From Adineta vaga (Eukaryota; Animalia; Rotifera), in NCBI GenBank assembly GCA_021613535.1, contig CP075496.1, positions 7,750,001 to 7,814,000 of the forward strand: a stretch of 64,000 nucleotides of DNA. Direction: 5' to 3'. The notes beneath the pieces are model-generated. The model saw only the letters and a list, made by a program, of their open reading frames with translations. It did not search any database and had not been told where the DNA came from. The position numbers and the translations under genes were made by a program. Below are positions 54,656-64,000 of the stretch, in pieces (the stretch's first letter is position 1; the number at the start of each line of letters is the position of its first letter).

Positions 54656-57600
54656 GGTCGACAAGTGACGAGTGATGAGTAACGATAGATACCTATCTAA
54701 TTATCTATACAAATGAGGACAATAGCGATGATGAGTGCATTGTACTAGAACGAAAAAGAAGAACGATTCAATATATAAAAGGAAAAAAAAGAAGAAACAA
54801 ATGATAATTACACATTTTCTCTCTCTCTCTAAGTTTCAGATAGAGAATTTATCGTCAAACTTGACAGATGAATATGCTTTGAAGATTTTGACAGAAAATT
54901 ATCAAAATTTCAATTTCCTTATTCACTTAAAACATAACTTATTCTTGCTTCTCATTACAACAAAATAAGAAAAGAATCTATTCTAATTCGATATTTTCTA
55001 CTAAATGAAAGAAAAATCTTTTGATACGAACAATCAATTAATAAGTATTCGATGTTTTCTCTTCAAGTGTCATATGTCAATTTGAAGAAGACAAATGTGT
55101 AAACACTGAATATATCAACAAGATTTAATAACGCAAAAGAAGAACATTATTCGTTTCCATAGAAAAATTGACAGATTGAATTCCTAGTTAGATAGAGAAA
55201 AATTAGCGTTTAGTTTTTGTCCTTCAACAAAGGATTTAGAAAAGAAAATATAACGATGTCTATTCAGTAATTATAACATCAGTACAATCGGCCATGTATG
55301 CTAGTTAACACAGCAAGGTTTGTAGAAGAGGAGAAAAAACATTTAAGAGTCTGATAATGAAAGCACAGCTAACCGCAGAGATCAAGCAGTTTTTATTAAT
55401 TACAAGTGAAAACCTATCGAAGTTTCGATAAGGAAATGATTATTATTGCAATAATGAAACGTGTTTTAAAAGAAGTATTGATCGTTTAACACGTTATTTG
55501 TTATATAAAGTGCACCTGAAGCTTTACATCTGTTGTGTTACTCGTACGAGAATTTTATTGTATTAAACCACAAACATTACATGAACAATGAAACGAAAGT
55601 ATTTAAAATGATGAAATTTGATAGTCTAAATGTAATTAAGAAAGATTCTAATGAAGTTTATATTCTTAGATTGGGATTGTCTTCGAGGTTAAAGAAACAA
55701 AAACTCATTACGATCATATCAAATTCCGTCTTTGGAGAAAAAAACTAACCTCTATGTGTCAATTAGGATACATGATGAAAGACCTTCATAAAAACCTTTC
55801 TTGTCACTAACTTTCAATAGAAAAAGACTTTTAAAAAAAAGCGACTCACCTAATTTTTATAACTGTACAAGATGTGAAAAGTATCGCATTTAATGGCTTA
55901 GAAGAGATTACGTACATATATAAATCATAGATATTTTATCTCGAACTTTAAAATGTATTAAACTTTTTCAATGAAAGAAGAGAATATCGATTTGTTCACA
56001 CATCTATTTGAACTATCAAATAAAAAAGATCTATGATGATTTTCATTTTTTTTCCTTCTTCTCCTTCTTCTATATCTTACTTACCTATTAGGAAAAGAAA
56101 ATGGCAATTGTATCAATTTGGAAGAACTCTCGCAAGTTTCTCTATATTCAATATCAACTAGAACGAACATACACGCGTTGATTATAGAGGTTAATGGTTT
56201 TTTCACATTGCTTAATCGAAGAAAAATGGACCATTATATCAGGAAAAAAGGTTCGGTATTTTCATACGTAACTCATTTTGAACGTCAATCACGTGCAAAC
56301 AGTATATATATATACATAATAAGTCATATTAAATTAGAAAAAAGTGCTGTTTTAATGTCGTTGAAAGTAAAAAAAAAAAGCAGGAAGAGAAAAAAGTCAT
56401 CAAACCACATGAATATTATTTGTGGTAAAAGGGTGTTATAATGAAATAACTAGCTTTTATATACACTCAAACATATGAATACCTTCAGAAAAAAATAGGT
56501 AGACAAAGGAAATGGTGATCTGATAGAGACGGATGGATGAATGGACGTAGCTGAGAGAAAGAAGAAGAAGGAGAAAAAAAGAGAAAAAAAAACCGACAAG
56601 ACCTGGCAAACAGGACGAACGACAGTTACTTTTTCTCGTTTTTTCTTCTCATCAACGGATTGATTGTAAAACGGGTAAAAAAAGGCAAAAAAGAGAAATA
56701 CTAATGAACAGAGACTAAACTATGCATAGGTATATATATAACTATAATAGTTATAATGTTCTTTTCATTCCTTACATCAACAGTATGTTTTATAATGCTC
56801 GTCTTTCAAAAAATCAACCAGCTGATGATGATATGTAAAGACATGAGACCTTGAATTCAAGTTCATTCATTGTTAGGCGTCTTTTTTTTTCAGGCAGGCA
56901 GGCACACACACACATACATCGACTTGTTAACTATTTACTTGAACCAAACGAACATATATTAGTTTTCTTCTCATATTCGAAAAGAAGGGTATAAGACAAA
57001 TATATATATTTGTTATTTGACACACTTACAGGTTTACTAATTAAATAACCTCTAAAAATACAGCCAACTTACATCGTCATTCATTGATCATTAATAACAT
57101 GAAGGCTTTTCTGTGTATATTCGCGAAAGAAAAATCTTTATCGATATCGTGAAAGCAAAATAAAACAGAACAGAGATATGTAGAAGTGAATATTCAAATA
57201 ATCACAGCTGGATATTGCCTCTCATACTTACAATTTTTTTTCGTACATAGTTTAAAACAAAAAGTGCATAAAAAAAAGAGAGAGAAAAGACGATTGATCA
57301 ATTTGGCAGTTCGTCTTTCAAAAACTGATGGTATGTATGACTTTCGAATATGTATATGTACATATACTATTGCGCAAACGAATCGAGAATGGACAGCGCA
57401 AAGAGAGTAAAAAATCGTGAAAGAAAGGAAAAATCTAATCACATAACAAAATGTAAAATTGTTCTTGCTTCGCTTGAATGTTTTTTTGCATCAAAAGAAG
57501 ACGCCAGAGAGAGAGAGAGAGGGACATATACAGAGAAACAAAAGCAAACACTTGAAAAAAAATATTCGCTCATTTACTTCAACAAACATAGCGAAACGAA

Positions 57601-60600
57601 AATAGAGGTGTGAAAAAGTATGCCCTAGCAGAAAAACCATCGATTGCTACTTTTTTTCTCTTGTTGTTTTACTCATACGTTCATATTCACATCGAAACAC
57701 GAGAAATAATACCATCAAATGTATGCGCAAATGAGAATGTTAAGAAGAAAGAATACGCTTTCTTGATGTCTTTTGTTCATTAGCTTCGTTCATTTTAAAG
57801 GTTATTGTATATATGCATGTGTGTATACATATGTATACAATGAACGTGATCGTACCTACTAAGAATAGTACCTTGAAATCTCACTTTTTTTTCTCATTCG
57901 TAATGATTATAACTCAACTTTCGATGTCTCATTAATGAAAAGTTGATCGAACAAACATATGTGAAATTTAGGTTACATATCAAACAAGACCTTATTATGA
58001 TCCTATCAATGAATGTATATATATATATATATATAGAGCGAGAGATAGAAGAAATAGAATCAAACTACCATACCTACTCTGATACATATTACTAGGTTCG
58101 CTTCTCTATTTCTTCAATGATGGTCATCATGATGACAATGATAGTGTAACAAATATGAAAGGAGTAAGAAATAACAAATATAGGCTACAGAAAGCGTTCG
58201 ATCTACGTTCACGTAATTCAATACTATGCTCATATATATATGCTTGCACGCGCAAGGCGAAAAGAAAAGGTTCACTTTTGTATAAATGACATAGTGAACG
58301 AACGAGAGTAATAATATGCAAATTTGACTAAGGCTCTCTATTACCTTCTTTCTTTTTGCTCTCGCTTTCTTCTCTTCAGAAGAAAAAAGATTGAAAGGTG
58401 TCAAATTGAATATGCGACACACAAATGTTCACTATCACAACATCGTATTCAAATCTATACGATAAATATCTTTAGTTTATTAACATCGTTGACATTTAAA
58501 TTTGATGACTGTCAAAAATGGTGAAGAACTGATAATTACTTAATTAATATCTCTTTCTTCTTTCTCCTTAGTTCATTGAAATGTAAATCATAACGATATT
58601 CAAATAATATTCATCATGATAATACACAATAACAAATTGCACAATCTCTTCTCTATGTGAAGAGAAAAAAAAGGCAATAGTTTCACACGTGATTGCTCCA
58701 TTTCTTATATACAAGGTAATCTGATTTCAATCAAGATTTTATATCTTTTTCTTACTTTAACAAAAAAAAAGAAACTAATGTGTAAATCATATGCAGTGTA
58801 TATTTCTTCACGAAAAATTGTTGATCAAAATCATATGTTGATAAGATTAATGTGGATACATATACATTCATGTATGTATAATTTTCACTCCGGGAAGCTC
58901 CATAAAATGCAGTGTTGAAAACCAAACTAAATAATATAATGAATTCAATGTTTTCTTTCTTTTTTCTTTTATACTTTGTACAAATCGATTGTAGTAAAAG
59001 AATTCGTAGTAAAAAATGTGTATGACTCCACAGGATGAGTATACTTGTCTCAAGCATATTTCAATAGACCACAACACAAACACTTTGAAGTAACAAAAAA
59101 ATTTTTACTAAATTTAGAAAGAAAACATTTATTTAAGACGATTAGGTTTCAGGTATGAAAATTATCTTTGATGATATTTTGACACTTTGATAATACTATA
59201 TATGATTTATTCTTTTAGAATACTTGTATTTATCTTATTTATTTATGCAACATCAAGTATGAATTGATCATATATGAATTATGCAAATAGATCAAAGATG
59301 TACTTATTTGAATAAAAGAATAATATAATGAATTTTGTTGTATGTATGTATGTATATATGTATGTTTGAACACAATCTTCGAAACATTGTTATAAGTACA
59401 AAAAAGAAAAGGTAATCATGTAATCGTTTTAATGCTATGTAGATAATCATTTCTTGTTATATTGAATACAAAATTATGACATCATGTCTTTTGACAAACA
59501 GGTGTGAAATCATGAATAAATCTTTGATCATCTCTAGAATAATCTTTCGATTCGAAACAAACTTGTACCTGTCAGTTAGAAAGAAATTATCAGTTATAAG
59601 TGATTTCCTAAGGGTTTATTCGATTGTAGTTTACAGTATGTATTAGAATGATTACATCATTCTTCTTCCTTCAGGATACTGATATGAATACTTGTTGTAT
59701 AAAGAGAAATTTAACTCACGGATTCACAAATCAAATAAAGAATGTATTATCAATACAAAGAACAAATTTTATGCATCACGTCATAACTTATTAAATGATG
59801 TCTTAGATATTCATGCAAAATCTGAAATTAAGACACAAAACGATACTTTTTATGACAGATAAGTGCGACAAGTAATCAAAATCATGACTTATTTAGCTTC
59901 TCACATTTATGTGACTGTGCACTGATTCTCTTTAGCTTATAATTCAGTTGAACTATGTGCGCATTTCTTTGTTTAAATAGTTGATCATCAGCAACTTATT
60001 GAAAAATAATCAACGAAATCTTACAAAAAGAAAAGAACATAGTTCAAATTTATTTACTATCACTATCGTCTTTATTTGCTTGCAATTCTATCGATTACTT
60101 TCTACATTACAAAAATACAACAGTCTTTCGACGTATATGATGACTGAATATATAATCAACATAACTTTATACTGTCAACATTTTGTTGAAATAAGGTTAA
60201 AAAATATACATGCATATAAATGAGATTAGTCTTTAACATTCATCTTGTTCTATTTGATATCTTTTAGTGTACCAAGTATAGATACTCTTATAGAATTAGT
60301 CGATGATATGTGTAGAAATGCGGAATGTACTTTGATCTATATCTTCTCAATACGACATGTATAGATTTTTTAGATTCATTATTGATGAATCAAACTTTCA
60401 TTTTATATTCAAATGAAAAGCATTTTACTCACTGACAACAATGAACTTACAATTAAAGAATTCATCAAAATAATATAAAATCATATCAATGTCAAATATA
60501 TTGACATGATCTTATATGAATATCAATAGTATCCCTACATGAAATAAGTAGAAAAAAAAACATTCTTGTGATGAACTAACCTTATTAACCATTATCATTG

Positions 60601-60810
60601 AAATCATCGATAATATACGAATCCATTGGAATAAATTAATTAAAGATGTTTGAATTATTAAAACTTCTATTTGTGAACAAGTAAAGAAAGAAAAATAGCT
60701 TTAGTGTTGAATGTATGGAAGCGAATGACTTGGATCGCTTAATTGTTAGTTATTGAGTTCAGATGTGCAAAATTCTCTAAGGGAGAAACAGTATTGTTCA
60801 AGTGGAAAAG

Positions 60811-60880
60811 TAGTTCAAAGTGCATTGAAGTAATTTAAAGTATGTAAGAGTAATTTCAAGTATATTCAAGTACTTTAGAA
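60811..60880 (+). repeat. Degenerate 10-bp-period minisatellite (consensus ~TANTTTCAAG)
   Basis: tagttcaaag tgcattgaag taatttaaag tatgtaagag taatttcaag tatattcaag tactttagaa. Confidence 0.65.
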
Positions 60881-61891
60881 ATACAGAAGAATATTGTAAT
60901 GTACTTTTCTTTTTTATAAGGAAAATTATTACAGAATTTGTATGACGAAATAATTTCTACTACATTTCTTGCTTAAATATGTAAGTTCTCTTGTTTTATG
61001 CTTCAGTTGATTTTGATTATCGAATTGTATATTCGTCAGTGCATCTCTAATCATTTTTCATATCAGATTATTACGCATCAAAAATTATTTTAACATCTGA
61101 GAATATTATTTTATAAAAGTTAGGATGAGATTGATTTCTAATGAGGGATATAATTGACTCGCACAACTAAATTATTCGCTCATCAATGAATATAAAGTGT
61201 AAAGTTCAACCTCGATTTCTGATATCTTTATCATGATTTTACTGGCTAAATCATCGATTCTTATGTTGTGTTGAATAAAGATCTGACATTTGTAAAAAAA
61301 TGTACCGAGAACAGATAAAAAAGTATATTTATGTCTGATCTACAATCAACATTGACATTTCTGACTTCAATCAAGTAAATAGACATACATTCGAATAGAA
61401 GAAAAGAATTATTCATAGATCCAAATCTATTACTCTATTCAATGAAAATATCTATAAGCAAATAGTATTTTTCATTGGCACCTCATTGTAAAAAAAACAA
61501 CGAAAATCGAACTGAAATGTTTTTTAATATCTTAAAACAGAATTTATTTTTATGTCTGTTTTTCCCACAATGGAGAAAATATAAATGACGACACATTTTA
61601 AATATATGCTGTGGATTTTCCCACTTACATTTATTCAAATGATATACGCTCAAAGATAATGATGTATTTATTTATAGAAACATAATGATTTTAACTCGTC
61701 CCCTATATCAATATTTTACTATAGGTTCATTTCTTCCTTCCATGTTTTATTCCAATCGTGTATTTAGCATCCAGACTATTAACGTACGTGTTTAATACCG
61801 GCTTTGTTTTTCCTCTTATTTCTGCGATATTTCGGGTAATTCCTATTTTCTGATTCATTTGTCTACTAAGAAATATATAAAATTTCTCAGA

Positions 61892-64000
61892 ATGACTTAT
61901 GATTCGAATGGAACTATCATTCTCGACGAAATAGAGTATGTTATTAAAAATATCGAAGTATTTTTACTTATTTTTTAATAAAATCAATTCTTTTTTTCTA
62001 TTTCAATAGTCGTCTATTTGTTGTTTATGAGAAAGCAAAAGAATATTTGAACAAAATATCATCAAATATTGATCAACAACTCGATCTATGGCAATATCGT
62101 CGAAATATCATTCTTGATCAAATAAATTCATCATCATCATCATCATCATTCGATTTTCTTTTACCAAAAACGCAACGTATCAATGAATTAACCATTGAAG
62201 CAGTTCAAGGTTAAATAATAAAAAAACAAATAATTAAACTCATTTTCTAAAACGATTATTTTTAGCTTTATGTCGAGTTGATCTATTAGTCGAACAAATT
62301 CTTCGCATTGATCCAAAATCAGCAGCACAAACGCGTTCTATTCCAATATCAACATCTTTTTCAGCACGATCAATTGATACCAATGTTTCGAATTCGACAA
62401 TGAATACTGTGATGTCTCGTGTACGTCATCCTGCACCTCCAATAGACACTAAATCCAGTTAAACAGCAATCATATGTTGAACCGATGATAAACGGAAAAC
62501 CAATAGGACAGTCAAACTATCCTATACCTGTACTACGAACACCACAACAATCATCAGCAACTCGTTTATCCTTAGCTGCAACACAAGAAAAATCTGGTTT
62601 TAAACCTATTGAACAACAACAACAACAACGTCAACAGAATCAACAACAATCATCTACCATTTCTGAGAATACATCGAGACCAACACCAATCCATCCACAA
62701 ACTGATCATTATACTTCTAACGAACGACTTACATTTGTAAGTATATGAGTTTTGAAAGTGTTTTTGTATCGATTCTAATTCTTGTAGTCAATCACGTAAG
62801 ACATAATCATTCGAAAGTAAACATAGATTTAATTGTTCAGTTTTTTAAACAAATAATATCGATTCTGGTTTGATAAGATTTCATGTTTGTGTTTAGCCTC
62901 GTTCAACTATCCCATCATACGGTACACGAACACCATCATCTGATCGTATTACATCTCCAATGCCACCTCTTTCTTCAGTCAATCAAGTACCACCGAATTA
63001 TAATCAAGCACCACCGCGTATGTATCAATCGATGGAGGCCAGTTTGAAAAAATATTTTCTCATCTTATTCTAATACAGCTGATAAAGTCAAAGTGAAATT
63101 ACAACGTATTCAATCTGGTACAAAATGGAAAAAAGCGAAGATCGATGTCATTGATTCACTTTCGGCATTTTATGCTGAAAACCATGAAGAAGGTGTACGT
63201 GCAAGATTTGATCGTATGTTAGAAGATCTTCAGTAAGTTACAAAAGAAAGTAAATTCATAATGAAGAAAATCACTAACTGCTTTGTTTTCCTATTTTTTA
63301 GTGATTATTATGATAGTTTAGAACAATCGAATAATCTCTTACCCTTACAGAATGTTTCAATTGGTGATTTTGGTGTAGCGAAGTATACTGATGATAATCA
63401 TTGGTATCGAGCACGTCTATTGATGTGTGAAGAAAATGACCGAATTCGTATTGTTTTTATTGATTTCGGCAATATTGAAACAAAATATATGCATGAATTT
63501 TTTCCACTTGACAAATTATACACTGATCTACCTGCACAAGCTATAGCTTGTACTTTGTCAGAAGTAAGAAAGATCGAAAACAAAAAATATGTTCGTCATA
63601 ACAATAATAATATATTATCTTTCAGGCTTTTCCTCGTTCACCAACTGAAAATGAAATACTATGGCCTCAAGATACTATTCAAATTTTTCGAGAAGAAGTT
63701 GTAAATAAATATGTTGAAGTCGTTTTTGTTGATACCGGAGAAGGATCAGAACAATGGTATATTCTTACCTTTTTTTTTAAATAATAGTTCCAACAAATAT
63801 CTGTTGATTTTCTTTGCTTTTAATTATAGGCCTTTACATTTTGTTAAAATTAATGTTGGTAATCAAGTAAGTTAAATATACAATTGAATTTGAAATTATT
63901 TATTATGTCTTCTCATTTAGTCTGTAACCAATGTACTAAATCTAAAACAACATATTGAACCAAGACCAAATCAATACATTGCTAGTCAACTTGCAAGCTC
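61892..64000 (+). CDS. Extended Tudor domain-containing protein (TDRD-like), 5' part, runs off the window end; one frame break near 62450
   Basis: GDFGVAKYTDDNHWYRARL...IRIVFIDFGNIE...LPAQAIACTLSE|AFP...WPQDTIQIFREEV: Tudor aromatic cage with SN-like flanks. Upstream exons are phase-compatible from ATG 61892. Confidence 0.85.

Noticed and set aside
57822-57839. Perfect 18-bp palindrome TGTATACATATGTATACA
   Set aside because: Lies in alternating purine-pyrimidine low-complexity sequence where such palindromes arise by chance.
54700-61890. Short ORFs and possible transposon in the KANK/Tudor intergenic region
   Set aside because: No transposase/RT motifs, TIRs or LTRs recognised; ORFs are compositionally spurious.

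Overview
This is AT-rich, gene-dense eukaryotic (metazoan) DNA with very short introns, mostly ~45-65 nt. Gene families and composition suggest a bdelloid rotifer (inference, not proven). I reconstructed 15 protein-coding genes by hand from splice sites. In order: SMC3 (5' part); a B-box/coiled-coil/Ser-Thr linker/LRR gene with one 84-nt exon per LRR and three 1-nt frameshifts; MRPL14; a Cys-less pentameric ligand-gated ion channel; ATP synthase subunit e; CIAO2B; RBM28; IDI1; a minimal RGS+DIX Axin-like gene; a retinal-type receptor guanylyl cyclase; a C-type-lectin adhesion GPCR; an inward-rectifier K+ channel; an F-box protein with an N-terminal acylation motif; KANK; and a Tudor-domain gene (5' part). 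The most notable observations are: (1) two tightly packed same-strand housekeeping gene pairs (CIAO2B->ATP5ME, RBM28->IDI1) diverging from one short region, with splice acceptors lacking a convincing donor, which look like operons resolved by trans-splicing; (2) the Cys-less pLGIC with no signal peptide; (3) the mini-Axin with no room for the usual GSK3/beta-catenin scaffold; (4) the NACHT-less B-box-LRR protein; (5) alternative first or last exons in KANK and Kir that the ORF track does not resolve. I recognised no tRNA, rRNA, CRISPR array or transposon ORF.
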